Shown: piece after piece, positions 34,936 through 47,908 of the stretch | Layout: each line of letters starts with the position of its first letter | How positions within the stretch are numbered: position 1 is the first letter of the stretch | DNA from: Lama glama | Taxonomy: Eukaryota | Assembly: GCA_028534125.1 (NCBI GenBank) | Contig: CM052837.1 | Coordinates: forward strand, 33,542,001 to 33,606,000 | Direction of reading: 5' to 3' | Length of the DNA stretch: 64,000 nt | The notes under the pieces: generated by a model | What the model was told of the DNA's origin: nothing | Seen by the model: the letters and a program-made list of their open reading frames with translations, nothing else | The model's database searches: none | Program-made: the position numbers and the translations under genes

Positions 34936-37900
34936 AAGCTGATTATTTTCTGAATCTTCTCTTTTCATTTGTAAACTCCTAGCATGTTCTGAGGAAACTG
35001 ATTGTACCTACTTTACAGCTCTTGTAACACCACACGACAGCTAGTTGGTGCAGAAGTTGTCCTTTTGACTCCAACAATGGACAGAATAAAACCCCTTACG
35101 TAAAACAGGGAATTGGTTCCTAGGAAAACGAAATGAATAGGAACAAAGAAGGTTTGAGCTTCGCTTAGAATTGTAAAACTGTGATAGCCCAACCCTCCAC
35201 TTCCATTAACCTCTGTGAAATGCAGTGCATGTGTAGGAGCGTGTACAGCCCCCTGTTTACATTTCAGACGTGAGCGCAGGCTGTTAGAGATAAATCAAGC
35301 TGGCATCTTTTAGGAGAGCACTTATGCACTGACATCTCCATGAGTGTAGGCACAGAATTATTTACAGCCATCACTGGAAGTTGAGGCGTGGTGACAATCT
35401 GGCCCTGAGCACAGTGCAGAAATTCATATTCAAATAGCTGAGAAATTAAGGCAGTCCTACAAGTGGTTCTGGAAGCTCTCTGGGCTGTTGGGGCCTGTCA
35501 TTGGCTTCCTGGTGACACCAGCGGCCAGTGCCACGGTGGAGCATCCCAACCAGAGGTGGTCCTTCCTCTTCCTCTTTCCCTTCGCTGATTTACTGCCAGC
35601 TGTCTGAAGCTGGATTTACCCACCACTAACCTCCCTTTGGGGACTGAGGAGCTAGGAGGCCTTTGGGGACCTTCCCAGCAGTCCAGTCCCAGCACCTGTC
35701 AGGAGAGGTTCAGCTCATCGACAGCAGAGTCCGTGTGATGGCTTACAAACAATCTGTGCTGGCTTACGACACACGAGGCATAAATTAAATCACAACGGAG
35801 CGCTTTGCTGACAGCACGTGATGACAGGTGTTGTGAATAAGTTGGCACAGGGGCCACTGCCCTACACAGCAATTGTCAGTCACGGCCACTCTTCCTCCCC
35901 CTCTCCTGGGGACGGTGTGTCTAGCCAGGAGGGGAGCACGATTCGCTCTTTCTGGAGTGGGAAGTGGCTCCTGCACGTCTCATGCTCCACTGATGACATC
36001 ACAGCCCCGTGGGGTCATCGTGTCTCCTGCCTGTGGCTGCTCTGACGCCCCTCTCAGGTGTGCAGTCGCGCACCCACGTTCCCATGCCAGCCCCGAGCCC
36101 CGCAGCCTGTCTTCCACCTGCTGCCAAAGCACTCACCCAGGGCAGCAGCTGAGCACGGACACCCCAAAGGGAGCAAAGACCCTGGAGGAAATAAAGTATA
36201 AGTGATATTTTAAAACCAAAAGGTATCAAAATGGTCGTTCTAGGAAATTTCAGAAGTTTGTTGGACTAGCTCATATTTATGTTGTGGCTTATTGTATGTA
36301 GTTTTTAAAAATTGCGGATAGCACCTAATCCTTAGGGCTTTCTGGAATGTTTTCTGGGGCAGAGAAACCCCAAACCCAGATCCTCTATCCCCTGCATTCT
36401 GTGGCCAGGAAGGCTGTCTCCCCGGGAAACTCGGGGTTCGCTAGTCCCTCTTCCCACTTGGCTCTGGAGCTGGCTTTGGACCTCGAAGTCTTCTGATCCC
36501 AGCCTTCGGGACCAACTGAAAGGCTCCCTTTTCTGAGGGCGCTTGGAGAACATCCTGCGCCTTGGGCTGCCCCACTCCATCCTGCTGGTTCCTGTATAGA
36601 TAGCCTTTGTCACAGTCGGAAATGACCCCAGCCAGGTCTGCCTGTGCAGTCTCCCACGTGAGGAAGGTGCGCCCCCTGAGGGCAGGGGTCCTGTCCGGTT
36701 TGCTCACCATGATGGTCCCTGAAGCCGAGCGGGGCACCTGGTGCAGAGGCTACGCACCGTGGGCCTTCGGGGAGTGAAATGAATGGATATCGAAATCAAA
36801 CATGCTCGTGTGCCCTTGGCAACTTCTGTTCCCAGCCCCAGTCGACGCTCCTCTGCTCCGAACATTCACGGCACGATGACCCAAGAAGAGTCGTGACAGC
36901 TGTCACAGGGTGTTACTGTCACCGTGGGCCGGGTTTCACCCTGGGCTATACAGAACCCCCGCAGCGCCGTTCTCAGCCTGGAGCCCACTCTGGCCAGGAG
37001 CCGCCATCTCTGCATGCTGGGGCGCTTTCAGGGGAGCAGGTGGAGAGGGGCTGGCTGGGGGTGACTCCGTCACCTTCCCTCCTATCCTTCCCCTCGCCCC
37101 GCAGCCAGCTTGGGGCAGGTGGAATGACCTAAGAGACTAGTGCGAATGGTTTCCAAGAACTGGGAAGTTCTGGGCAGAAGCAGTTGGGCACTGCGATTAG
37201 ACAAATAGTAGGTCCTCTCTGCACGTTGGCCGCGAGATCCTGGCAGATACCAGCACTCCCCGAGGCAGCCACAGGCCAGCTTCAGGTGCACGCCGTCCGG
37301 GTGCGGGAGCCGCAGTGCCGGACGACGCGCTGAGCCTTTTGCGCAGACTGATCTATTTTTTTCTACGCCCCCATTGAAGTGACTGTTCTTATTTCCCCAC
37401 TTCACAGATTAAGAATTGAGCCTTACAGAGGTCAAGAGGCTTCAGGTTGGAAGAGCTGGCAAGGATGTGAGCGCAGGGTTTAAACTTAGCCCCCTTGAAC
37501 TGTGAAGCCCAGGATCGAAACTGCTTCTCTGGGTCTTGAGGCTCTGCACTTCCTGAGCTCTGGAAAATTCTGAGGAAGGGGAAATAATCCCCCTTCTGAC
37601 AGCCGTAAAGGGCTTTGCAAAACACATCCAAGAGGAAGGAATCTTCTCATCCCAAAAGCTTCACATTTAACTTGTAACTCTAGTGGAGAAGAGGCAGGGG
37701 GGAGAATGCGGATGGAGAGACCCTGCGACACCGGGCTTCGAGGGCGCAGTGGCTTTTTTTCACTGGGCAGACAGCTGCAAATTGCAGCGCTGTGTCTGAG
37801 CCCCAAACCAAGCTCCCTTTGTCTCCAGATGTCTTCCCCTGGGGGAAGGAAGCAGAGGGTTTGGTGCACAAGAGGCAGCGGAAGGTTATCACCCCAGACC

Positions 37901-38074
37901 TCTAGGTGTTCCTCAGCCCAAAACATTTCCTTGGCTCTTTCTGTCTAAAACCTGTCAATACAGAGTGATCGCACTTCCTCCCCTCACCTGAGCAGGTTGG
38001 GGGTTCCTTCTGGGGGAGGGGATGCTGTCCACAGACCTGCCTGGTGGGACTGTACCTGAGTTAAAAGAGGTCAT

Positions 38075-38660
38075 GTCCAATAGAAATATAATGTGAGCCA
38101 CGGAGTATTTTTACAATTTCTAGTAGCCACGTTATAAAAAGTAGAAACAGGTGGCTTTTTTTTTTATTATGGTAATAAATATATGACATTAAATGAACCC
38201 TCTTAACCATTTTTAAGGGTATGGTTCAGTAGTGTTCAGGAGAGTCATATTCTGCAACACATTGGAGTGACATTAATTTTAATAGTGTAGTTTTTTAACC
38301 CAGTGTATTGCAAGTATTGTCATTGCTACACGTAGTCCACATAAAATTATTAATGAGAGTGTTTACATTTTTTTAACTAAGTCATTAAATTCTGGTGTGC
38401 ATTTCTTACACTTACATCACATCTCAATTTAGGCACTAAATTTCCAATGGAAATGCCTGATCTCTGTTTAGATTTTGTAAAGTTTATGGTTGAAAAAGCA
38501 AGTTGTACCAAGAATACATGAAAGTGTTCTAATAACTGAATTGTCAGTTTTTAGACAGAAATTCAGCAACATTAAATATCCAGTTCCTCCATCACATAAG
38601 CCTCATGCCAGGCACTCAGTAGCCACATGTGGCTGGTGCCTCCTTGGTCGGACAGTGCAG
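38075..38660. mobile_element. Charlie1/MER33-family element with short L1 3' insert (~38154-38265)
   Basis: gtccaatagaaatataatgtgagccac; ttctagtagccac; cagtagccacatgtggctggtg. Confidence 0.8.
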
Positions 38661-39827
38661 GTCAAGAGCTTCTAGAACGTGCTCTGTGAGCAGTAGCATT
38701 ATTGTTCTTGGGAATCGCAGATGAGAGGAAATGGAAAGTTTCTCGTCCTTGACCCCAACCTCACGCATCCTCAGAGCCGATGGTTGTCTCCTGTCCCCAC
38801 CCAGAGCATCAGCTCAGGGCCAGCCCACCCCACCCTGGACAAGAGACACCCCCGGCCTGAACTTTGTTCCCTCGCACATTCACTGGGGGTTTCGGCATGG
38901 AGCTGCTGACCCAGGTTAATGAGGAGATTGGGCTGCAAGGGGGAAAAAGACTTTGGACCAAAAATCAAGAATCACCCAGTTTATTTTATCATTGGAAGAT
39001 CATTTCAGCAACTTCCTCCCGGAAATTGCAAAGGGAAGTCATCCAAAAGAGGGGGCAGGGATGACCATCCGCGTGAAGCCCAGATGCTGCCCGCGTGCAG
39101 GGCAGGCTGAGGGGTGGGGCAGGGGCGGTGTTCACTGGGTCATTTAACCAGGGTCCTATTTTTAAAGTTTCCTTTTCCACTATTATTTGTTGACCCTAAT
39201 TGTTCCCATGCCCAGGAGATGCGGCCCTGGACTTCCTCCTGCAGCCTGGCCTCGGGGTCAGGGTGGGCTCCCGCTAATTGCCTGTGTCCTACCTTCCCCG
39301 GAGTCTCCAGGGTAGGCAGGCCCATTCCCACATATGCTTCCAGAACCATCTTAATAGAGTGGCAGCAGCGCCCAGCTGACGACATATGTTTAGCTGCTTG
39401 CCGAGGTCGGCCAAGCGTGCAGTATCACGTTACATGAATGGGAAGGTCAGTTCCAAACAAGCTGCTTTTTTACAAGCGCTGGCTTAAGGATTTGCTGCTA
39501 AATAGGGCTTACGTGTAGCGGGTTGGGGGCGAATGGGCTTCTTGCGGAGCCCTGTTCTCCGTGTTTTGCATTGATTAGAAAGTTTTTGGTCTCCCAGGAC
39601 AACGCTCCGTTTAAAAAAACGCTTTGGCAGCCACTGGGATTCCTGGACCAGGTCAACATCTGGACCTGGAGCAGAGAAAGTGTGGGTTCAGGTCTTCCAA
39701 TGTCTGGGGAGAGCCCTGCGGTGGCCGGAATGTCCAGGGTGGAGTGGGGCACGGCCCTCTGCTCACTGGCACAGGCATTTATGCTCCATTAACCCTGTGT
39801 GGGTCCTGGACAGATGGCGGTGAGGCA

Positions 39828-39850
39828 GAGAGAGAGAGAGAGAGAGAGAG
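39828..39850. repeat. (AG)n microsatellite
   Basis: agagagagag... ~11 units. Confidence 0.95.
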
Positions 39851-40492
39851 GCTGTGACGTATCTCACCTGGCGCAGCTCCGGGAGAGACGATGGGCTCTG
39901 GCAAATGCTGGGGCCCACAGTCAGCCCGGCCCGCAAAATGCACCTGCACAAACTCACCTCCAGACACCATTAGAGGGGCCACTCAAGGCCTGCCTTGAAC
40001 TTGAGCAGCCAGCCAAGGACCTGGGGAATATTCCAGACATAAATCAAAATGGCATTCAGGGTCCCTTCCAAGTAATGATGAGGTCAAGGTCTCTTCCTGA
40101 GCTTGGTCTCAGTCCTGGTGCATTACCAGGATGAACTGGTTTCATCCTCTCTGCAGCCCAGTGAGACCAACATTGTTACTGCACCCATTGTAGAGCTGGG
40201 AAAACGGGGCCAGAACAACAGAAATAAGGTTTGCTTTGGCCACAGTTCCTTCCTTCTTTCCTTCCTTCCTCTTTCCTTTTTAACTATAAAAGTGGCTTTT
40301 TAAAGAACCTAATTCCACAAAAGAGAATAAGGTAAGACTTCAAAGTACCCCAAGCCTGTGCCTTATTCCTCTCCTCACGCTGTTGACCATCTGGTGAATA
40401 TCATATGTGCACCCACTGTTTTCAGTAATACATTTTTTGTTCATTCAACAAGCATTCACTGAGAAGTCGGTGCATGTCAGGGGTTACGCTGT

Positions 40493-40683
40493 GGGTAATC
40501 TCAACCTTGGCACAGCTGATATCTGGGGCCGAATGATTCTCTGTGGCGGGGTCTGTCTGGTGCATTGTAGGGTGTTTAACGGCATCCCTGGCCTCTCCCC
40601 TCCCCCTGGTTATGATAACCAAAAATGTCTCCAGACTGTCTCATGTCCCCTGGGGGCAGAAGTCACCCCAGGAGAACCACTGG
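40493..40683 (-). mobile_element. MER20
   Basis: tgcattgtagggtgtttaacggcatccctggcctct; aaccaaaaatgtctccagac; gagaaccactg. Confidence 0.9.
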
Positions 40684-40739
40684 TCTAGACAGATGTAGCT
40701 GTGTGGTTCTCTTAATTTCCTCATGTATAAATATGCACG

Positions 40740-41145
40740 TAAGTAGAATCTTCCTATTTCTTTTTTTATATAAATGATAGCAAATGATATGCACTATTTT
40801 TCATCTCGCATGTTTCACTTAACACTATATTTTGAAGATCGTTCCAGTGTATGGAAAAACAGCTTCACTCTCTTTTTAACAACAGCAGAGTGTTCTGTTG
40901 AGTTGGTATTTCATTATCTGTTTAACCAGCCCCCAGTGATGCACAAGTAGATTGTTTCCAGTCTCTTGCTACTGGGAATAACGCTGCAAAATCTATCCTT
41001 GCACACACATTCTGTCTCACCGGTGGGAGTGTATTTGTAGGATAAATTATTTGAGGTGGGATGGCTGGGCCAAAGGATGTGTGTCTTTTTAATTAAGAAA
41101 TCTATTGCCTAATTGTCCTCCATAGAAGTTGCATCAATTCATCCC
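40740..41145 (-). mobile_element. L1ME-like fragment
   Basis: gattgtttccagtctcttgctact; gtatttgtaggataaatt. Confidence 0.75.
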
Positions 41146-41679
41146 CAAGTAGCCTGACAGGGGTCCAACTTGACACTGTGCCTGATTTTCAGGCCCACAG
41201 AGCAATGAGTGTTTGCCGCGGCCCAGGCAGGAGTGACGATGCCAGGGGCAGTCTGGGAAATGCAGATTCTCTTGATGAGATGCCAGGCCCAGTGGTGTCT
41301 CCTCCAAAAGGACAGAGAAGTCGCCTTCTTTGCAAAGCAGCCTCCCAGCCTGGAAGGTTGTGGGTGGAAGAGGGAGGGGGCGGCTCCATTCGCTGGAAAG
41401 AAAACACGTCCCAGGCTCCCCCGGGTCCCAACCCAAGAGACTAGCTCGGGGGTGTTCAGCCTCAGGCCCCACTTCACAAAGCACTAGGTGGAAGACGTTG
41501 TTGACGCACATGTATCTTCATTTGTAACAAAAGTGTGAGTCACAAACTGTCCATCATCGGGTGGGTACCCAGGAAGGAGCACCTGATGGGCAAACCAGTG
41601 GGCCATCCCTTGGCTAGGGATGGACAGGTCAATGCAGGGTCTTAGGAATCTGTCCAGCAAGTTTAAAATTGTTCTTCAG

Positions 41680-42170
41680 CTCTTTGACGCTCTCCCTGCA
41701 GAAGGGACAGGCTGACTCCCTCCCCCCGAGTGCAGGTGTGGGCCCGCCTCAGGGGAGAAACGATGTTTTGCGTCCTCTGAGCCTGACTCACACCAGGCGA
41801 TATTGCTCTGCTGGCTTGGCCCTCTTCCTCATGGATTGCTTGCTCTGGGGGAGGCCAGCACCATGTTTTGAGGACACTCAAGCAGCCTATGGGGAGGACC
41901 CGAGGCCTCTCACCCACCACCGGCACCAGCTTGTCAGCCATGGGAGTGCGCCACCTTGCAACTGGCTCCCCAGCCTCGCTCAAGCCTTTTGGTGATGCCG
42001 CTTTGGCCAGCTCTTGGACTGCAGCCTCCTGAGAGCCTGAGTCAGAGCTGCCTGGCTAACCTGCTCCTGACTTTCTAATCCATTAGAACTGGGAGAACAA
42101 TTCATGTTTATTGTTGTTTCAGGCCACCAAAGTTTGCCGTAATTTATTACACAGTCATGTAATGAATGCC
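41680..42170 (+). mobile_element. MLT1F-like LTR
   Basis: ttgctctgggggaggccagcaccatgttttgaggacactcaagcagcctatgg; gactgcagcctcctgagag. Confidence 0.85.
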
Positions 42171-42569
42171 TGTGGCCAGGATGGTCAACTCCATGAAGGG
42201 CTCCCTTTTTCTGCCCCTTTGCCTCTGTTGCACATCTCCCATCCCTGCAAGGAGGCAGAAGACCTCTTCAAACCATGAGCGGGACAGAGAGAAGATTCTT
42301 AAATCTTCCATGAGGTTATCATGGAGGCAGTGTGGCCAGTTACAAGTCAACAGTGTTCAGCATGCTGTATTCTCCAGTTCCACCAGAACACTGTTACTGT
42401 GGGGCATGGTTGCCCTCTGTGACCTCGCTTACCCTCATCTGTGTCATCTGCAAGATGGGTTGATAACCAAAGGCATAGAACGGGCCCAGAGAGGCTCTAG
42501 AAGCCCCTTCAAGCATTGAGCTCCAGGGGTCTGTAAATCTCAACTCAGTCATCTACCAGGCAGCCATCT

Positions 42570-43330
42570 ATCCACTCAGCAAACTTGTGTTAAGCACTTA
42601 CCATGTCTCAGGTTCTGTGTAAGGTGCTGGGATACAAATGAGAACAAATCAACAACACTGTTATCAAGGGAACCCCAGCCAGTGGGGGAGACAGACAGAG
42701 AGATGGACAGACAGGTACCACATGATGTGGTGGGGCTGTGACAGGGCTGCACACTCCCAGCCTGAGGGGGAGGAGCAGTGACACCTAGAAGTGACTTCTG
42801 AGTGGGCCAGGTGACACCTACTGCTCAGGGACCATAACATCAGGCACAGCGTGCCAGGTTCCTGCTCCCCTGCTCGGGGTGGAGGTGGAATCAGAGATTC
42901 CACTCAGGATGTTAAAACCGATGTCCTGACAACCTGGCTGAACGTACGCGCTGAATAAGACCCAAGGTCATATAGATCCATTCACTCCTTGAACTTGCCA
43001 TTTTCTTTCCTGCCCCAGGACCTTTGCACATGACATCCCTCCTCTGCCAAGATCACTCCAACTCCACCTCCTCCTCCTAGCTCAGGGAGTGGTAAGCTCC
43101 TTGTTACCCTCCAGGTCTGTTTAAATGCCTCCCTCCAGAGAGAGCTCCTCTTTGCCTGCATTCTCTGTTCAGCATTGTTTGTTTTCTTTATGGCACTTTT
43201 CAGAATTCTAATTATGCTATTATGTTAATTTCCCTTTTTTTCCCTATCTTCTTCATTAGAATATATGCTCCCTATAAGGGTAGGGATAGTGTCTTGGACA
43301 CCACTGTAACTTCAGGGGAAAAATGTATCC
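42570..43330. mobile_element. L2 fragments in both orientations
   Basis: cactcagcaaacttgtgttaagcacttaccatgt (-); caggacctttgcacatg, tagaatatatgctcc (+). Confidence 0.7.
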
Positions 43331-43609
43331 AGGATTGAAAAAAAGTGTTGGGTGAAACCATTATTTGATTATAATGAATGTATTAGTCACTGGATATTCT
43401 TTATCTCATTTAATCATCCCATAAAACTTTCAAGGAATTGTCGGCCTCATGATTGCCTACCCATCATCATCACTCCACACCATACCCAGATGCCCACACA
43501 CGGTTCTTCCTTCCTGGGGAGTCAGATCCGCCTGTCTGCTCAGGGAGGGTGGGGCCTCGCCAGCCCAGCCCAGGATATGCAATGATGATGGTTCTAAACC
43601 AACTATGAT

Positions 43610-44170
43610 CATTCTATTCCTCCTCTCAGTGGCTGGTCTAGGCATCTGCACACTATGCAACTCTGGCCAATAAGACTTCAGGGGACTATGACTTATTCAG
43701 AGTGTGCCCAGGAACTGCTGGGCATCTTGTTAAGAGGCTGACTCTGATTCAGAAGGACTAGGGTGGGGCACAAGACCCTGCACGTCTAGTGAGCTCCTGA
43801 GTGACGCTGATGCTGCGGTCCAGGGACCACACCTTGAGTTATGAGGTCCTAAGGAGTTTCTGGGAAGGGTTTTCCTCCCCTAGAGAAGGAGACCCACAAA
43901 GAGAAGTTATCTTTTCTGTGGCCGTGTGAGCGTGTCCTGCTTGAAGCTGCAGCTGCAATTGTGATTGACCACAGCTGACAAGCTGGGACAAAAACCAACG
44001 TGTGAAGGGAGGGAGGCAGGGGGAAACGTGGAAAGCCCTGGGGTGTGCATGACATCGCAAAGTCTCCCGACTGGAACTGCTCACATGGGACAAGAGATGA
44101 TGATTTAAAAAAAAAGCCAAATCGAGTTTTAGGACTCTCCTACTTGCAGCTCAAAGCATCGTGACTGATG
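43610..44170 (+). mobile_element. MLT1J-like LTR interrupted by MER5A (~43690-43840)
   Basis: gctgatgctgcggtccagggaccacaccttgagt (MER5A); ctacttgcagctcaaagcatcgtgactgat (MLT1J end). Confidence 0.7.
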
Positions 44171-44357
44171 CTATAAATGGACAATTTGGTGTAGAGTGAA
44201 AAGACCAACCTTTGAACCAAACCAGTATGGATGCTTCTCTCTGCCCCTTAGTGGCACTGCCATCCCTCAGCTTCACCAAGCTTCAGTTTCCTTGTCTATA
44301 CAAAGAGTTGTTTTGACCGTCAATAAGAGAACGTATGTATGCTAGCATTCTCTGGCA

Positions 44358-44625
44358 CAGCACTGTCCAACAGAAATCAAATGCAAGCCACATGTGTACT
44401 TTCAACTTTCCTAATAGCCACGTTCAAAACATAAAAAGCAACAGGTGACATTAATTTTAATGACAATTTATTTAGCTCGAAATAATGCCATTTCAACATG
44501 GAATCAATAAAAATGTTCGTATTTTACTGTTTTTGGTACTCGGTTTTTGAAATCTGATGTGTATTTGACACTGCCATGAATCTTGATTCAGAGATGCCAC
44601 ACGTGGCTAGCGGCTGCTGTGTGGG
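44358..44625. mobile_element. MER33
   Basis: cagcactgtccaacagaaat...gcaagccacatgtg...taatagccac. Confidence 0.85.
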
Positions 44626-45690
44626 CTCAATCCTAACACAAGGCTGGGCTCATCAGAAGGGTTTTAGAGAAGTGGATTACTTCATGCTGCTCTTAACACG
44701 GGCAGTGGAGAAGAGCCTGAACTTCCAAACACAGTAACCCCAAGCCAGAAGCCAACCGGTGATACAGTTCTGCTGCTTTGGGTCAACTCTCACAGCCCCG
44801 GCCGTCTGCCCACCTGCGTGGTCTGTGCGGAACCCTGGCAAGCGGAGGACGTAGGCTAGCACAGCACTTCCCTGCAGCACCACCTGGGACCGAGGCAGTG
44901 ACTCATCCGAAAGATTTTTATTAAATGACTGCTGTGAGTTGTGTATAGGGAGTTTCTGATTCCCTCTGTGCGCGGAGTTTTAAATGCCATGTCTCTGACT
45001 GCAGAGCGGTAGAGGTGTGTATTTTTCATAACGGGGAGCGGGGAGTGTTTGCGCTGCTTTGTGGGGATGGGCGGGTCTCCTGCTTCCTGTCCCCAGGCCG
45101 GCAGCCCTGCTCCATCTTCTGCAGGACGGGACCGCCTGAGCACTCGGGCCGCCTCCTCCCCGGCTCTGGGCATAGCTGGGAGCCCTGGACTCCTGGGCCC
45201 ATCTCTACCTTCTACTGAACCACTTAGATTTGGAGAGAAAAAAAGAAATGCAACTTTTTGATAGTGTGGTGAAATCATTGAACTAGTTTAGTAAAAGGAA
45301 TAACAGAGAAGTTGGTGATAGTGTATACTTTGCGCTCTTTGCAAGCCTCAAAAAAAAAAAAAGCCATGTCTCCTGCTCAGTAATCTTCTATGGCTCCCTA
45401 TTTTCTGTTGGGCTAATGTTGAACTCCTGGGGCTTCTCAGCTCTCCCAGAGCCTGAACACACATCACTTTATGCAGTCCCGTCTTCCCATTGTCCTGTTT
45501 ACGTCCATGTGGCCTCAGGCCCGGCCTGCGGGTTGTCAGGGAGGAGGTGCTGCGGAAAGCAAGGGCTTGGGCGAGAGTGGGTGGAGTCGGGCCGGCTGAG
45601 ATCACGGCAAACATGTCACAGCCGTGCTGCTTGCAGAGCGTGTCCGTACACACTCTCTCGCTGGGCTTTCGCAGCAACTCCATGAGGTAA

Positions 45691-46246
45691 TGTGGTCAAT
45701 GTTCATTGTTTTTGTCTGTCCTGTGTTATTTCCCCACTTCTGGTAAGGGCACCCCCTACTCTCCTGCCTTCGGGGGTCTGCTCTCTGCGCGCTCTCAGTG
45801 TGGTTCTGGAGGGCACTGCCATCACATAACCCACCCCTCTCTCTGTGCCACAGGGAGGCCTCTGACTCAGGCCAGGTGAGCCCTACTGCCCACTTCCCTC
45901 GGCAGTGATGGGACCAGGAGCTAGGCAGGTGTTAGGAGTCTGGCCAGTCAGAGCCTTTGCTGGGATCTTTACATTCCGATGTGAGCCGGTTAAGCTGTGA
46001 AGATGTAAGAATGAAACCTGCAGAAGGAGAACATGAGGCCAACTTGCAAGAGAAGAAGAGATGAGAAGGGGCCTGGGGGAGGGAGAGAGGAAGTGACAGC
46101 TCCTTGGGACCACTAGGTCCAGCTGAGCCTGAAGCTGGAACCACCATTTATCTTCTTTCATGTCATGAACCTGCCTGGGATCTTTTACTTCAGCCAGTTG
46201 GAGTTGGAGTTCTGTCACATGCAACCAAAATAGTTCCAACTAATAT
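45691..46246 (+). mobile_element. MLT1K-like LTR
   Basis: ends agccagttggagttggagttctgtcacatgcaaccaaaatagttccaactaata. Confidence 0.75.
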
Positions 46247-46406
46247 GAGTAAAGAATATCCCCCTCCCCCCCCATTGCATGGGTGAGGAGACTGAGGCAA
46301 AAAGAGGCTAAGTCATGACTCCAGGCCCCCTAGGAAGTAGAGCCAGGATTTGACTCCACATCACTGGGCTTCTCATCTGACGCTCATTCCCTACCGCACT
46401 TGGCCC

Positions 46407-46875
46407 GTATTAGTTTCCTATGGCTGCCATAACAAATTGCTACAAAGTTGGTGGCTTAGAACAACAGAAGTGTATTCTTTCACAGATCTGGAAGTCAGAA
46501 AATAGGGCTAATACACTCGACTGAAATCGGGGTGTTGGCAGGGTCCCCTGCCTTGGGGTGCTCTAGGGGAGAATCCGTTCTTTGCCTTTCCAGCTTCTGA
46601 TGGCTGCTGGTGTTCCTTGGTTTGTGACGCATCATTCCGATCTCTGCCTCTGTCTTCACATAGCTTCTCCTCTCCTTCATGTGTTTAATCTCCCTCTGTC
46701 TCTCTTACCAGTGATGGCATTTAGGGCCCTGTTGGATAATGCTGGCTTATTTCCTCATCTCAACACCCTTAACTTAATCACATCCTCAAAGGTCCTTTTT
46801 CCCACTGAGATAATATTTACAGATTCTGGGGGTAAGGAGTTGGTATCTTTGGACGGCCATTATTTAGCCTAATGC
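46407..46875 (-). mobile_element. MLT1B/C-like LTR
   Basis: gtattagtttcctatggctgccataacaaattgctacaaagttggtggcttagaacaacagaa. Confidence 0.9.
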
Positions 46876-47822
46876 AGTTTCTAAGCTACCTAGGATTTAG
46901 TGCTTAAACATAATGAATCAGTCCTGAAAGATACCTGGCCAGTATCCAATTGTCCAGTCTTCCCAACCAGATGGTTAGTACCTTTGGGGTCTGGCCCAGC
47001 CCCAAGCGCCCTGCAGCGGCCATCACAGGGCAGGTGAGCACAGGGGTCAATCCTGGTTCTGCCCCCCTTCCCCCAGGTTGAGCACTGAAGATCAGGTGTA
47101 AACGAGAGGTATTCTTGCTGCCAAGGTATTGTGTTTTTTTTTACGGACCCTTTTCTCATTTCTTAAGGCAATATCTGCTGTTCACTTTAATTTGCATCTT
47201 TCAGTTGTAAGAAACGGTCACCGCAACTAGCCGACGTAACGGGGGTGTATTATTGCACTGAGCTGCACGTGGGGGCAGTGTAAGGAGTTAGCTAGGAGCA
47301 CAGGCCCTGTGGTGTACGTGCCTGGGTTGGAATGTCAATTCTGCCATCTCCCAGCTGTGAATCCTGAACAAGTCACTTAACTGTCCAGAGTCTACTCCCC
47401 TGTCTAGGGTGTTGCTAATAGGACCTAAGGGCTAGGGTTACAGGACAGGGAGTGAGAACCCTGGCAACTTGGCAACTGGCACAGAGCACTCAGTAAATGT
47501 TAGGTTATTATTACTGACACATGGGATCAGCATCTGCCTCTCACTTTCTGCTATAAAATGAGTGTCTTGAGCTGTAAATGTTAAGCGTTATTATTTCTAC
47601 TGCATAGAATCTGAGGGTTATAAAATGAAAATGACTTCCTTGGGCCCCTCATGAGGTGCCTGCGTCCTCAAAATTTCAGGCAGTTAGGGCCCCTGACCAA
47701 CCTCAGAGCATCCTTTCAGCGCCTGCCTCCATCCCTGTCCGCAGGTTCTTAACAGCTTTTCACCTCTCAGGGAGGACTCTGGTTTGCACACGGCCCTGGT
47801 CTGAGCAGCTCTGGGAAAGGGA

Positions 47823-47908
47823 GGGCGTTGGGGGCGTGGCTAGAGGCGTGACGGGGGCGTGGCTGGAGGCAGGGTTGAAGACGTGGCTGGGGGCGCGGTT
47901 AGAGGCCG
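47823..47908. repeat. Degenerate ~12-bp G-rich tandem array (RGRGGCGTGGCT)
   Basis: gggggcgtggct / agaggcgtgac / gggggcgtggct / ggaggcagggtt / gaagacgtggct / gggggcgcggtt. Confidence 0.85.
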
